A DNA stretch of 64,000 nucleotides from an uncultured Mycoplasmatota bacterium (GTDB lineage Bacteria > Bacillota_I > Bacilli_A > RF39 > UBA660). The number at the start of each line of letters is the position of its first letter. The first letter of the stretch is position 1. A program made the position numbers and the translations under genes. The notes beneath the pieces were generated by a model. It worked only from the letters and a program-made list of their open reading frames with translations, had not been told where the DNA came from and made no database searches. The stretch covers positions 1,607 to 65,606 of the forward strand of contig CAMMWS010000002.1 in NCBI GenBank assembly GCA_946500695.1. Reading direction: 5' to 3'. Shown piece after piece: positions 1 to 9,865 of the stretch.

Positions 1-970
1 TTAAACGTCCAACAAAAGGATCAGTCATAACTTTAAATGCTAAAGCACTAAATGGTTCAGAATCGCTTGGATGACGAACTTCCTCTTCTCCTTTTAAGTT
101 ATGTCCTTTAATTGATTCAACATCAAGTGGACTTGGTAAGTAATCAATAACTGCATCCATTAAAGGTTTAATACCCTTATTACCTAAAGCATCTCCACAC
201 ATAACTGGGAAGAACTTAGTTGCAAGGCATCCCTTACGGATAGCACGTTTAATCATTTCAACAGTTACTTCTCCACCTTCTAAGTATGTTTCCATCATCT
301 CATCATCAAATTCAGCGGTCGCTTCAATTAAGTCAGCATGTTTCTCTTCTGCTAAGTCCTTCAAGTCAGCTGGAATATCAATCTCCTTAGCATCTTCTTC
401 AGGCTTGCCATCAAACTCTATTGCTTTCATAGTAACTAAATCAATAACTCCACGGAAATCATCTTCAGCCCCAATTGGCCATTCAATAGGCTTAGCATTA
501 ACTCCTAAACGATCTTTTATTGATTTAAGACTATAATTAAAGTCAGCACCCATTTTACCCATTTTATTTGCAAAAATAATTCTAGGTACCATAAATTCAT
601 CAGCTTGTCTCCAAACTGTTTCCATTTGAGGTTCAACACCAGCTTGAGCATCAAGCAAAGCTACAGAACCATCTAAAACTCTTAAACTACGACTAACTTC
701 GATAGTAAAGTCTACGTGTCCTGGAGTATCGATTATATTAAAACGATGATTTTTCCAGTGTACTGTAGTAGCAGCACTAGTTATTGTAATACCACGCTCT
801 TTTTCTTGTTCCATCCAGTCCATTTGACTAGCACCATCATGAGTCTCACCAATTTTATGGATATTACCACCATGATATAGAATACGTTCAGTAGTTGTAG
901 TCTTACCAGCATCGATATGAGCCATAATTCCAAAGTTTCTTGTCTTATCTAAAGACGTATCTCTTGCCAT
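1..970 (-). CDS. fusA: Elongation factor G, N-terminal ~323 codons (gene runs off the window start)
   Basis: Truncated, so absent from the ORF track. Reverse complement from ATG at 968-970 translates [33 protein letters not shown]...DTPGHVDF (GTPase G1/G3 motifs). AGGAG RBS at 976-980. Follows rpsL-rpsG as in the str operon. Confidence 0.95.
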   Translation of the reverse strand, partial: MARDTSLDKTRNFGIMAHIDAGKTTTTERILYHGGNIHKIGETHDGASQMDWMEQEKERGITITSAATTVHWKNHRFNIIDTPGHVDFTIEVSRSLRVLDGSVALLDAQAGVEPQMETVWRQADEFMVPRIIFANKMGKMGADFNYSLKSIKDRLGVNAKPIEWPIGAEDDFRGVIDLVTMKAIEFDGKPEEDAKEIDIPADLKDLAEEKHADLIEATAEFDDEMMETYLEGGEVTVEMIKRAIRKGCLATKFFPVMCGDALGNKGIKPLMDAVIDYLPSPLDVESIKGHNLKGEEEVRHPSDSEPFSALAFKVMTDPFVGRL

Positions 971-982
971 AATATCTCCTTC

Positions 983-1450
983 CTACCAACGATAATGAGC
1001 ATAAGCTTTATTAGCTTCAGCCATTCTGTGGGTATCTTCACGTTTTTTAACAGCAGCACCTGTTCCATTAGCTGCATCAATAATTTCACTAGCTAAATTA
1101 TCAGCCATTCCACGTCCTCCACGTTTTCTAGAAAAACCAACTAACCAACGTAAAGCCAAAGCTTCAGCTCTTGCTGGAGTAACTTCTTGAGGAACTTGAT
1201 AATTAGCTCCACCTACTCTTCTAGATTTAACTTCTAAAGCAGGTTTAATATTTTCCATTGCTTCATTAAAAGCATCTATTGCATTTTTACCAGTTTTTTC
1301 CTTAACGATATTAAATGCATCATAAACGATAGTTTGTGCAACACCTTTTTTACCATCAAGCATAACTGTATTAATAAGTTTAGCAACAGTCTTAGACTTA
1401 TATATAGGATCTGGTAAAACATCTCTTTTAACAGCACGTCTTTTACGCAT
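983..1450 (-). CDS. rpsG: 30S ribosomal protein S7
   Basis: 155 aa with [10 protein letters not shown] and GGANYQVP S7 motifs; lies between rpsL and fusA. Confidence 0.97.
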   Translation of the reverse strand: MRKRRAVKRDVLPDPIYKSKTVAKLINTVMLDGKKGVAQTIVYDAFNIVKEKTGKNAIDAFNEAMENIKPALEVKSRRVGGANYQVPQEVTPARAEALALRWLVGFSRKRGGRGMADNLASEIIDAANGTGAAVKKREDTHRMAEANKAYAHYRW

Positions 1451-1503
1451 AATTTATCCTCCTTCCAAATTCTATCTATTATTTCTTAGGTTTTTAGCGC
1501 AGC

Positions 1504-1917
1504 TTAATTTTTAGGCTTTTTAGCCCCATATTTACTACGGCCTTGTTTTCTATCTTTAACTCCTGCTGTATCTAGTGCGCCACGAATAATATGATAACGA
1601 ACTCCGATTAAGTCCTTAACACGTCCTCCACGAACTAATACAACACTATGCTCTTGTAAATTGTGTCCAATACCAGGAATATAAGTATCTACTTCCTTAC
1701 CATTACTTAAACGAACACGAGCATACTTACGTAAAGCTGAGTTTGGTTTCTTAGGTGTCTTAGTACCAACACGAGTACAAACTCCACGTTTTTGAGGAGA
1801 TGGATTATTTGTTTGTTTTCTTCTAATTGTATTAACTCCTACTAAAAGTACTGGAGCTTTACTCTTACGAGTCTTACTTCCTCTACCTTTACGAACTAAT
1901 TGATTTACTGTAGGCAT
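1504..1917 (-). CDS. rpsL: 30S ribosomal protein S12
   Basis: [11 protein letters not shown]...KKPNSALRK...RGGRVKDL S12 motifs. I place the start at the ATG giving MPTVNQL (1915-1917) rather than the ORF-track Met at 1926, which sits 3 nt from the GGAG. Confidence 0.96.
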   Translation of the reverse strand: MPTVNQLVRKGRGSKTRKSKAPVLLVGVNTIRRKQTNNPSPQKRGVCTRVGTKTPKKPNSALRKYARVRLSNGKEVDTYIPGIGHNLQEHSVVLVRGGRVKDLIGVRYHIIRGALDTAGVKDRKQGRSKYGAKKPKN

Positions 1918-2112
1918 TGTAATCATTAACTCCTTTCTTTACACATATCCGGGTGTATCATTTTTAGTTCTAAATAAAGTTTTGCCATAAGCAAAACTAA
2001 ATTTAAACCAGCATACTTAATATAGCATCAACACCAAGTCTTGTCAATACTATTTTCTTGATATTTTTTAGTCATTGAAGCTTGCATATATTTTTAAAAT
2101 CCATTTTAAACA

Positions 2113-2121
2113 TGCTATAAT
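2113..2121 (+). promoter_or_regulatory. Extended -10 element (TGcTATAAT) upstream of the flavin reductase-rubredoxin gene
   Basis: atgctataat at 2112-2121, about 22 nt upstream of the GAAGGAGG RBS at 2131-2138. No good -35 found. Confidence 0.4.
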
Positions 2122-2143
2122 AGTATATATGAAGGAGGTAAAA

Positions 2144-2803
2144 ATGAATTTACAAGCATTAAATAATATAACATATGGTATGTATATAATTACAACAAAA
2201 GAGAATAATAAAAATATAGGGTGTATTATAAACACAGCTACTCAAATAACTTCAGAAAAACCAATTATTTCTATTAGTTTAAATAAAGATAATTATACAA
2301 ACAAAGCCCTTAAAGAGACAAAAAAATGTAGTATTTCAATATTATCAGAAAAAACTAATAAAGAACTAATCAGTAGATTTGGCTACTTTTCATCAAAAAA
2401 TACAGATAAATTTAAAGAAACCAATTACAAAGAAATAGACAATCTACCAATAGTTAAAGAAAGTACCTGTGCTTATATAATAGGAGACGTTATTAATATT
2501 ATAAATGCAGAAACACATGATATATTTCTAATAAGAGTCAAAAAAGCAGAACAATTAACTAATGATACGCCTATGACATATAAATATTATCATGAAATAT
2601 TAAAAGGAAAATCTCCATCTAAAGCACCTACTTACATAAAGGAGGAGAATATTAACTTGAACAAAAAAGGAAATAAATATAAATGTACAGTTTGTGGATA
2701 TATATACGATGATGAAAAAGAAAAAACAAAATTTGAAGATTTACCTAATGATTGGAAATGTCCAATATGCGGATTAGGCAAAGATAAATTCATAAAATTA
2801 TAA
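2144..2803 (+). CDS. Flavin reductase-like domain fused to a C-terminal rubredoxin (high-molecular-weight rubredoxin type)
   Basis: Start moved to ATG 2144 (MNLQALNN), 5 nt after GAAGGAGG. N-terminal part resembles FMN-binding split-barrel flavin reductases. C-terminus [12 protein letters not shown]...[14 protein letters not shown] has the two CxxC rubredoxin knuckles. Confidence 0.8.
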   Translation: MNLQALNNITYGMYIITTKENNKNIGCIINTATQITSEKPIISISLNKDNYTNKALKETKKCSISILSEKTNKELISRFGYFSSKNTDKFKETNYKEIDNLPIVKESTCAYIIGDVINIINAETHDIFLIRVKKAEQLTNDTPMTYKYYHEILKGKSPSKAPTYIKEENINLNKKGNKYKCTVCGYIYDDEKEKTKFEDLPNDWKCPICGLGKDKFIKL

Positions 2804-2809
2804 ATAACT

Positions 2810-2840
2810 AAAACCTTGACTATTTTTATCAAGGTTTTTT
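2810..2840. terminator. Bidirectional rho-independent terminator between convergent genes
   Basis: Perfect 10-bp stem aaaaccttga (2810-2819) / tcaaggtttt (2829-2838) with a 9-nt loop; A-run before and T-run after. Confidence 0.8.
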
Positions 2841-2843
2841 ATA

Positions 2844-4499
2844 TTAATCATGATAAAAACTACCGCCAATAAACTCTCTAATTATAGAATCATCTGGAAT
2901 ACTTTCACTTGGTATTGGCAAAATTAGCCTTAAAACATTAAGTAATCTCTTTGCTTCTTCATAATAAATAGAATCTTCATCAACAGAATACAAAAGAGGC
3001 TCTACATATGTTTTTAAAACTGCAAGCTCATAAATTAATGCTGTATTTATAGTAATATCCGCTTCGTCTTGATAAGGGAATATATATTTTTCTTCACCAC
3101 TCCTAACATTATTCCATACTTTTAACGTATCTACAACATTATAGCCTCTTGTTCTATTATCTCTTATAATTCTCCTTAAAAGTCTATTATCTGTAGTTGG
3201 AAAACGATTATGATAATCTATATTAAGTTCTGTCAAAGCTGACAAATAGACCTTAAATTTATTTTTCGCAGGAATCTCTTTTAAAACTTTAGGATTCAAA
3301 GCATGTATACCTTCTATTAATAAAATATCATTCTTATCAAGTTTTAACTCTTTAACAAACTCTTTAACGCCCTCTTTAAAATTATATACTGGTGCCATTA
3401 CTTCTTTACCACTTAATAAATCATTAATCTGTCTAGTTAATAACTTATTATCAACAGCTTCAAAACACTCATAATCTTTTTCTCCCTTTTCATTAACTGG
3501 CGTTTTTTCTCTATCAACAAAATAATCATCCATACTAATCATCTTTGGATTAAGACCAAAACTTTTCAAATACATACACAACTTAGAAGTAGTTGTAGTC
3601 TTACCACTAGAAGAAGGCCCTGCTAATAAAATTATCTTTTTATCTTTTTTGGCATCTACTATCTTTCTAGCCACACCTAAAAGTCTATTACTTTGTAAAG
3701 TTTCATCTATTCTAATTAAGTCAGCAATCTTTCCCCTACTAATCACATCATTTAAATCAGCAATCGTTTCTATTTTCATTAATTTAGTCCAATCTCTACA
3801 TTCTTTAAAGACTTTAAACATATTAGCATGATGAACATAAGGCTTAATTTGATTATTAGAATATGCTGTCGGAAATTGCAACACAAAACCATTGTCATTT
3901 AAAAATGTCAATTTAAACTCTTTTAAACTAGATGTAGAAGGCGGCATTTGATGATAAAAATAATTATAATAATTAGAAAGTCTATATAGAGTAATAAAAG
4001 TATTAGTATTATATTTCATAATTCTAGCTTTTGCTAAATCATTAATACTCTCAAAATAATGTATAGCAGATATTCTTTCTACACTTACTTTTGTAATAGC
4101 CATATCCATATCTACTAATTTTAACATTTTCTTAGCAATAGATTTTAATATTGTCTCTGTAAGAGGAAAACTTGTTTCTATATATATTCCTTTATCTAAA
4201 GAATGCATTACTTTAATATTAGCATCAAGGCCAAATATTTCTTTTACAGCAACTACTAAAAGAAAAGTTAAACCTGCAATATGGGCCCTATTTCCTATTT
4301 TAGAATTTAAATCATAAAAATTAATACCGCAAGGATCATTAACAACATAACTAAGTTCTCTATATACATTATTGACACTAGCAAGAATAATAGGAAAACG
4401 ATAGTCTTTCTCATATTCTTTACTTAGTTGTAATAAAGTTATACCACGAGGAACTGATTGTTCTTTACCATTAATTGTTACTTTAATTTCTTCTATCAT
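2844..4499 (-). CDS. TGS/ThrRS-like N-terminal domain fused to a uridine kinase/phosphoribulokinase-family P-loop nucleoside kinase
   Basis: 551 aa. Walker A LLAGPSSSGKTTTTSKL in the C-terminal half. The N-terminal half resembles the TGS plus second-additional-domain region seen in clostridial uridine-kinase-like proteins. Confidence 0.6.
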   Translation of the reverse strand: MIEEIKVTINGKEQSVPRGITLLQLSKEYEKDYRFPIILASVNNVYRELSYVVNDPCGINFYDLNSKIGNRAHIAGLTFLLVVAVKEIFGLDANIKVMHSLDKGIYIETSFPLTETILKSIAKKMLKLVDMDMAITKVSVERISAIHYFESINDLAKARIMKYNTNTFITLYRLSNYYNYFYHQMPPSTSSLKEFKLTFLNDNGFVLQFPTAYSNNQIKPYVHHANMFKVFKECRDWTKLMKIETIADLNDVISRGKIADLIRIDETLQSNRLLGVARKIVDAKKDKKIILLAGPSSSGKTTTTSKLCMYLKSFGLNPKMISMDDYFVDREKTPVNEKGEKDYECFEAVDNKLLTRQINDLLSGKEVMAPVYNFKEGVKEFVKELKLDKNDILLIEGIHALNPKVLKEIPAKNKFKVYLSALTELNIDYHNRFPTTDNRLLRRIIRDNRTRGYNVVDTLKVWNNVRSGEEKYIFPYQDEADITINTALIYELAVLKTYVEPLLYSVDEDSIYYEEAKRLLNVLRLILPIPSESIPDDSIIREFIGGSFYHD

Positions 4500-4540
4500 T
4501 TTAACACCCTCTTATTCTATAAAAGATTATATCAAAACTA

Positions 4541-4574
4541 CCACATCTTGTCTAACAATTTTGCCACATCTTGT
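4541..4574. repeat. 11-bp direct repeat CCACATCTTGT x2 (23-bp period) in the divergent promoter region between the kinase gene and clpP
   Basis: Exact copies at 4541-4551 and 4564-4574, followed by TATAAA at 4579-4584. Confidence 0.6.
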
Positions 4575-4623
4575 AAGGTATAAATTAAAACGTATTTGGA
4601 TATAGTAGAATTAGGTGAAGATT

Positions 4624-5193
4624 ATGAATTTAATACCAATGATAGTTGATAAAGAAATAAATGGTGAAAGAAGTTATGATATTTTTTCAAAATTATTAAA
4701 AAATAGAATAATAATTTTAAGTGGTACTATTAATGATGAATCAGCAAACACTGTTGTAGCAGAACTACTTTACTTAGATTCTCTTAATCATGAAGATATA
4801 TCTTTGTATATAAACTCTCCTGGAGGATTAGTAACTGCCGGTTTTGCAATATATGATACTATGAATTTAATAAAAAGTGATGTTTCCACTATTTGTATGG
4901 GCATAGCCGCTTCCATGGCTGCCTTCTTATTATCAAGTGGCAAAAAAGGAAAAAGATATGCCCTTAAAAATAGCGAAGTAATGATTCATCAACCCTTAGG
5001 TGGCGCTGAAGGTCAAGCTACAGAAATAAAAATTGCCGCTGAACACATATTAAAAACTAAAAAGAAACTAAACAAGATTCTAGCAGCAAATACAAAACAA
5101 AAATTAGAAAAAATAGAACAAGATACAGAAAGAGACTATTTTTTAGAAGCTGACGAAGCAAAAAATTATGGACTAATAGATAAAGTTCTCTAA
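4624..5193 (+). CDS. clpP: ATP-dependent Clp protease proteolytic subunit
   Basis: [16 protein letters not shown], catalytic-Ser context [14 protein letters not shown] and MIHQPLGG motifs. Start set to ATG 4624, 5 nt after AGGTGA; the ORF-track GTG at 4615 lies inside that RBS. Confidence 0.95.
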   Translation: MNLIPMIVDKEINGERSYDIFSKLLKNRIIILSGTINDESANTVVAELLYLDSLNHEDISLYINSPGGLVTAGFAIYDTMNLIKSDVSTICMGIAASMAAFLLSSGKKGKRYALKNSEVMIHQPLGGAEGQATEIKIAAEHILKTKKKLNKILAANTKQKLEKIEQDTERDYFLEADEAKNYGLIDKVL

Positions 5194-5474
5194 TCAACAA
5201 ATATTTTATCCATTAGTTTTTTTATTTTTTTCTTTCTTTGTTTAGTTTTTTTCTTATTAACAAAAAACTCTTTAGTATCACTATCTAAAGTAAGAACATC
5301 CCCTTCTTTAACAGAAGGAAGTTTATCTATTTGATAAGTCATAACCTTACCTTTATCAAGCTCAACTACTACTAAATTATTCTCTATTCTATCAACAATT
5401 ATTTGCGTTGGTTTAACATATTCGCTAAATATAAAAATACCTCCTTTCAACACAACATCTCTTTCCAAAAACAC
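5190..5474 (-). CDS. DUF3006-like small protein
   Basis: [20 protein letters not shown]...[10 protein letters not shown] resembles the DUF3006 pattern. Start is uncertain: GGAGG at 5440-5444 is followed in frame only by non-ATG codons. Confidence 0.45.
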   Translation of the reverse strand: MFLERDVVLKGGIFIFSEYVKPTQIIVDRIENNLVVVELDKGKVMTYQIDKLPSVKEGDVLTLDSDTKEFFVNKKKTKQRKKKIKKLMDKIFVD

Positions 5475-5706
5475 TATAGCAAAAATAAAAACATTTGAAA
5501 AATTACAGATTATTAAAATTAGTCAAATTTTATTATTCATTCTTCTATATCTTCAAGATAATTTTAATGTTTTGCGAATGAAATATTTAGCAATTTAGTA
5601 AATTAAAACTTTTTATTTTTAACTCATAAAGTCCGAAATAAACAAATGTCAACTTTTCATAATTACAATTAACTTGGTGATAAAATTGGTAGAAACAGGA
5701 AATAGA

Positions 5707-6144
5707 ATGGCTATGCTACGCCATGATAGTAATTTAAAACAAAAAGACATAGCAAAAATGTTAAATGTAAAAGAGAATACTTATTCAAAATGGGAGAAAT
5801 GTACTAATGACATACCTTTAGAGAAAGCTAATGTACTAGCAAATTTTTATAATGTTAATTTAGATTATTTATTAGGCATTTCTAATAAAATTGAACATTC
5901 TCCTAACTTAAAAATAGATTACAAAAAAATATGTGAAAGATTACTAGAACTTCGAAAAGAAAATCACTTAACTCAAAGCAAGCTAAGTGACAAGATTGGT
6001 TTTTTCCAAACAACATACTCTAGTTTTGAAACAGGTGCAAGAACTCCTACTACTTATAAATTACTTTATATAGTAAATTTTTACAATGCTTCTATTGATT
6101 ATGTTGTTGGTAGAATTGATACAAAGAAAATATACACAAAGTAA
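5707..6144 (+). CDS. XRE-family transcriptional regulator with two tandem HTH domains
   Basis: Two HTH_3-like units (LKQKDIAKMLNVKENTYSKWE and LTQSKLSDKIGFFQTTYSSFE). ATG 5707 preferred; the ORF-track start is TTG 5674. Confidence 0.7.
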   Translation: MAMLRHDSNLKQKDIAKMLNVKENTYSKWEKCTNDIPLEKANVLANFYNVNLDYLLGISNKIEHSPNLKIDYKKICERLLELRKENHLTQSKLSDKIGFFQTTYSSFETGARTPTTYKLLYIVNFYNASIDYVVGRIDTKKIYTK

Positions 6145-6214
6145 TTGCCATAAACTTTCAAAACATTAAAAAACACATTCAACAGTCTTATATTAAATGT
6201 GTTTTTAATATTGC

Positions 6215-6979
6215 TTACTTCTTATCGACAGGAGCAAACAATACTTTACCTGTACCTCTAAAAACATTAACAAGTCCCTCGCCAGATGCTGCAGAACCAA
6301 CTAAACTTTTCCCAGAACGTTCAACAGTAAACTCTAAACTGCCACTCCAAGCAATAGCCATATTACCATCTATTTTAACAACATCATTTTGAAGCTCTAT
6401 TTCTATCAACTCTTCTTTAGGAACAGGAGACTCAACACATAAAATACCATTACCTTGAATACCTAAATTAAAGAGACCTTCGTTACCTGCTAAAGCACTA
6501 CTTACATTACTTCTCATTACTGCTTTTTGTTTTAAATTAGATTCGCAAGCTAAAAATAAACCATCATCCAAGACAATAGAGCCATTCCATTCTTCTAAAT
6601 TTAATAACAATATATGTTTATAAGTAGGTTCTAACATCATCAAACCATCACCAGTATACTCTGGTTTAATAGCAGATTCACCAGTCACTTTACCTCTAAC
6701 AGCTTTAGAAAATAAATCCCCTACTCCTTTTACCCCAGTAGTAGCATTAACATTACCTATCATCCATTGCATCGCTCCACTTTGTGTTGTAATAGATGAA
6801 ACACCCAAATTACATATTACTTGCCTTTTCCTAACATTCATCAAATTACTAAAATAACTAACCTGCGCAGTCATAGGAGTTACACTTAAATCTCTTTGAT
6901 ATTCAATTACTTTAAAAGGACCAAGTTCTTCAATAACTTTGACATCATTATTATCAGTAAAATTAGATATCTTATACAT
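6215..6979 (-). CDS. AIM24 (DUF124) family protein
   Basis: 254 aa from ATG 6977-6979 (MYKISNF) with GAGGTG RBS. Overall resemblance to AIM24/DUF124 beta-rich proteins (MLEPTYKHILLL, GEGLVNVFRGTGKV). Confidence 0.6.
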   Translation of the reverse strand: MYKISNFTDNNDVKVIEELGPFKVIEYQRDLSVTPMTAQVSYFSNLMNVRKRQVICNLGVSSITTQSGAMQWMIGNVNATTGVKGVGDLFSKAVRGKVTGESAIKPEYTGDGLMMLEPTYKHILLLNLEEWNGSIVLDDGLFLACESNLKQKAVMRSNVSSALAGNEGLFNLGIQGNGILCVESPVPKEELIEIELQNDVVKIDGNMAIAWSGSLEFTVERSGKSLVGSAASGEGLVNVFRGTGKVLFAPVDKK

Positions 6980-7064
6980 AAATACACCTCTTTCTAAAAT
7001 AATTGTATCACTAATAAAAGAAAGTATAAAGCACATTTAATAAATAAGTTATCACTAATTATCA

Positions 7065-7098
7065 AATAAAATATAGTCAGTATAACTATATTTTATTT
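7065..7098 (-). terminator. AT-only 13-bp hairpin overlapping the whiA stop codon
   Basis: aaataaaatatag (7065-7077) / ctatattttattt (7086-7098). Confidence 0.45.
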
Positions 7099-8004
7099 TT
7101 CCATAAACCTAAGTGCTAAATCTTTAATCTTCCTAAATCTATGATTAAGCCCTGATTTAGTAATTTTTTTACCAGTTTCTAAACTAATAATCTCACTAAG
7201 CTCTTTTAATGAAGCCTCTTGATATCTTTTACGATATTCTAAAGCTTCCTTGGTCTTATCGTCAAGTAACTCTACTGCTAAATTATCTTCAAGAATTTTT
7301 ATATAATTTAACTGCTCCATTGCTGTTTGTAAAACTCTATCCATATTAGCTTGTTCGCAATTATTAAGGCGATTAGTTTTATTTTTAGCATCTCTAAATA
7401 CTCTTACCTCTTCATAATATAAAACTGCTTTACTAGCACCAATTATTCTTAAAAAATCACTTATCTTATCCGCCTCTTTAATATATAGCATAAAACCTTT
7501 ATCACGGCTAAGTAACTTAGCATTCAACGAATAAGAATTAAGCAATTTCTGAATAAAAACAACCTCTTCTGAATTATTAATTAAAAACTCCAAATGATAT
7601 CTACTAGTCTTAGGATCATTAATACTACCACTACTAAGAAAAACTCCTCTTAAATAGCCTCTCACATCATCATCTAATTCTACTAAATAATTAGGAACAA
7701 CTTCTTTCTCAATGCAAAAAGTTTCTTTAATAAAAGTATCACCTTTAATGATAACTAAAGCCTTAAGTTTATTTTTACTAAAGTTATTATTATCTAAAAG
7801 TTCTTCTCTATAAGATATCTCTTCATAACTATCGAGTAAATCTTTGAAATAAGTTATAACTGCATCATTTTCACTACTAATTACTATAGAATCTTTTATT
7901 ATTTGATAATTATTACGAAAAAATCCCGAAATTAAAGCTATTTTAGCAGTTTCAGAAGTTTTAAGATTAGTTATTTCTGTTTTAACATTACCTGTAAAAG
8001 ACAT
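7093..8004 (-). CDS. whiA: Sporulation/cell-division regulator WhiA
   Basis: 303 aa with LAGLIDADG-like degenerate domains plus a C-terminal HTH (SLKELSEIISLETGKKITKSGLNHRFRKI). Immediately downstream of yvcK, as in Bacillus. Confidence 0.9.
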   Translation of the reverse strand: MSFTGNVKTEITNLKTSETAKIALISGFFRNNYQIIKDSIVISSENDAVITYFKDLLDSYEEISYREELLDNNNFSKNKLKALVIIKGDTFIKETFCIEKEVVPNYLVELDDDVRGYLRGVFLSSGSINDPKTSRYHLEFLINNSEEVVFIQKLLNSYSLNAKLLSRDKGFMLYIKEADKISDFLRIIGASKAVLYYEEVRVFRDAKNKTNRLNNCEQANMDRVLQTAMEQLNYIKILEDNLAVELLDDKTKEALEYRKRYQEASLKELSEIISLETGKKITKSGLNHRFRKIKDLALRFMEK

Positions 8005-8025
8005 AAAATCACCGCTTTTCTTATT

Positions 8026-8979
8026 CTATTTCATTAAATAAGAAAATATCAAAGAGCTTAATCTTTGACTATGATGCTTCAAAGTACCATCGGCAATAGT
8101 CAAAAGGTCAGCTTCAATAAATTCTGTATCTAATTTAGATAAAACTGGATAGTCTATTTTGACAGGATCTTTTCTTTCTTTATTTGCATATTTCAAAGCC
8201 ATCTCTTCACTAATTTTAGAGTTAGAGGCTATAACAGCATCTAATTTATGTTTTCCTAAATAACTATTAATAAGTTTAACGTGATCACTAACTGTAAACT
8301 CGTCAGTCTCCCCCGGTTGTGTTACTATATTACATACATACATAATAGGAACCTTTATTTTATCTAAACAATCTATAATTTCTTTAGAAACAAGATGTGG
8401 TAGTAAACTTGTATAAAGACTACCCATACTAAATATAATTAAATCAGCTTCTTTAATTGCATCTTTCACTTCATCTAATACTTTAGGTTGCTTCTTATAG
8501 AAAAGTTTCTTTACTTTCTTTTCACTTTTAGTAATAGAAGCTTCACCTTCAATAATACTACCATCAGTAGCTTCAGCCATAAGTGTTACATCAGCATCCT
8601 CAGTTAAAGGTAACACTTTATTTTTAATATCCAATAAAATAGATAATTGTTCAATAGAATTTTTTAAACTTCCCGTAATATCTAAAAGTGATATTAACAT
8701 AAAATTACCTAAAGCATGTCCATCTAAGTAACCAGTTGTATTAAAACGATATTCTAACATTTCTTTTATTTCAGTACTAGTAGATGATAAACTACTAAGA
8801 ACTTGTCTAATATCACCAACAGCAGGAACATGAAATTCTTCTCTTAATTTACCAGTACTTTTACCACTATCTGAAACTGTAATAACCGCCGTTATATCAA
8901 GAGGAAAGTCTTTTAAACCCTTAAGTAAATAAGAAAGACCTGTTCCTCCTCCAAAAACTACTACTTTTTTATTATTCAT
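8026..8979 (-). CDS. yvcK: Gluconeogenesis factor YvcK (CofD-like, UPF0052)
   Basis: KVVVFGGGTGLS N-terminus, GDIRQ and TQPGETD motifs; adjacent to whiA. Confidence 0.9.
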   Translation of the reverse strand: MNNKKVVVFGGGTGLSYLLKGLKDFPLDITAVITVSDSGKSTGKLREEFHVPAVGDIRQVLSSLSSTSTEIKEMLEYRFNTTGYLDGHALGNFMLISLLDITGSLKNSIEQLSILLDIKNKVLPLTEDADVTLMAEATDGSIIEGEASITKSEKKVKKLFYKKQPKVLDEVKDAIKEADLIIFSMGSLYTSLLPHLVSKEIIDCLDKIKVPIMYVCNIVTQPGETDEFTVSDHVKLINSYLGKHKLDAVIASNSKISEEMALKYANKERKDPVKIDYPVLSKLDTEFIEADLLTIADGTLKHHSQRLSSLIFSYLMK

Positions 8980-8986
8980 CTACTGC

Positions 8987-9865
8987 TCATCTCCTTGAAA
9001 TCTCTAAAGCAACACGAGCTGCTTCTCCCATTGCAATAACTATCTGATAATCATATTTATTAAGAGCATCTCCTACTGCATAAACTCCATCTATAGAAGT
9101 CATTAGATTATCATCTATCTTAATATAGCCTTTATCATCTAAAATACCTAAAGATTCTAAAAAGTTAGCATTAGGAATCTGTCCAATATATATGAATACC
9201 CCATCAGTAATTATATCATTACTATTCTTTGTCTTAATAGTAATTCTTTCATTCTTAAAAAAACTTTCTACTTCTCCTCTTACAAAAGAAATATTATCTA
9301 TTTTTTTAATCATATCTTGTAAATAAGCTTTCGCTCTAAATTCATTGCGATATAAAATAGTAACAGATGATGCTAACTTACTCAAGTATATTGCCCCTTC
9401 AAAAGCTGCATCACTTGCCCCTACTACAACTACGTCTTTGTTCTTATATAAAGCCCCATCACAAACAGCACAATAACTTATTCCTTTAGTCCTAAGTTCA
9501 TCTTCACCTTTAACACCAAGTAATTTAGGTTTACGACCAGTAGCAATTATTACATAATCACATAGATATTCATCTTTACTAGTAATGACCTTCTTCTCTT
9601 TATCTATCTTAATCTCTTTAACTTCTTCATATTTAACAGGAACACCTAAATCAGTAATTTGTTTTAACATTTTTATTGCTAAATCACTTCCACTAATAGA
9701 CTCGTACGTTGGAAAGTTCATAATATTACCATTATCAACTATCTGTCCTCCAGGCATAGATTTTTCTAAAATAATACAATCAATACCCGCTCTATTTAAA
9801 TAAAGTGCAGCAGTCATCCCTGCCACCCCACAGCCTACAATAACTACTTTATATTTATTATTCAT
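8987..9865 (-). CDS. trxB: Low-molecular-weight thioredoxin reductase-like flavoprotein (atypical NADPH motifs)
   Basis: Start at ATG 9863-9865 (MNNKYKVVIVGCGVAGMTAA, FAD GxGxxG). Redox CAVCDG present. Second dinucleotide motif reads VVVVGASDAAFEGAIYL and the HRRxxxR region reads YRNEFRA. Confidence 0.8.
   Translation of the reverse strand: MNNKYKVVIVGCGVAGMTAALYLNRAGIDCIILEKSMPGGQIVDNGNIMNFPTYESISGSDLAIKMLKQITDLGVPVKYEEVKEIKIDKEKKVITSKDEYLCDYVIIATGRKPKLLGVKGEDELRTKGISYCAVCDGALYKNKDVVVVGASDAAFEGAIYLSKLASSVTILYRNEFRAKAYLQDMIKKIDNISFVRGEVESFFKNERITIKTKNSNDIITDGVFIYIGQIPNANFLESLGILDDKGYIKIDDNLMTSIDGVYAVGDALNKYDYQIVIAMGEAARVALEISRR

Noticed and set aside
5475-5706. Search for a tRNA or other structured RNA in the larger intergenic gaps (also 28371-28460, 43036-43241, 50220-50372)
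   Set aside because: There are no GC-rich acceptor or T-arm-like segments (for example GGTTCGA) and no recognisable conserved cores. The sequences look like AT-rich promoter regions.
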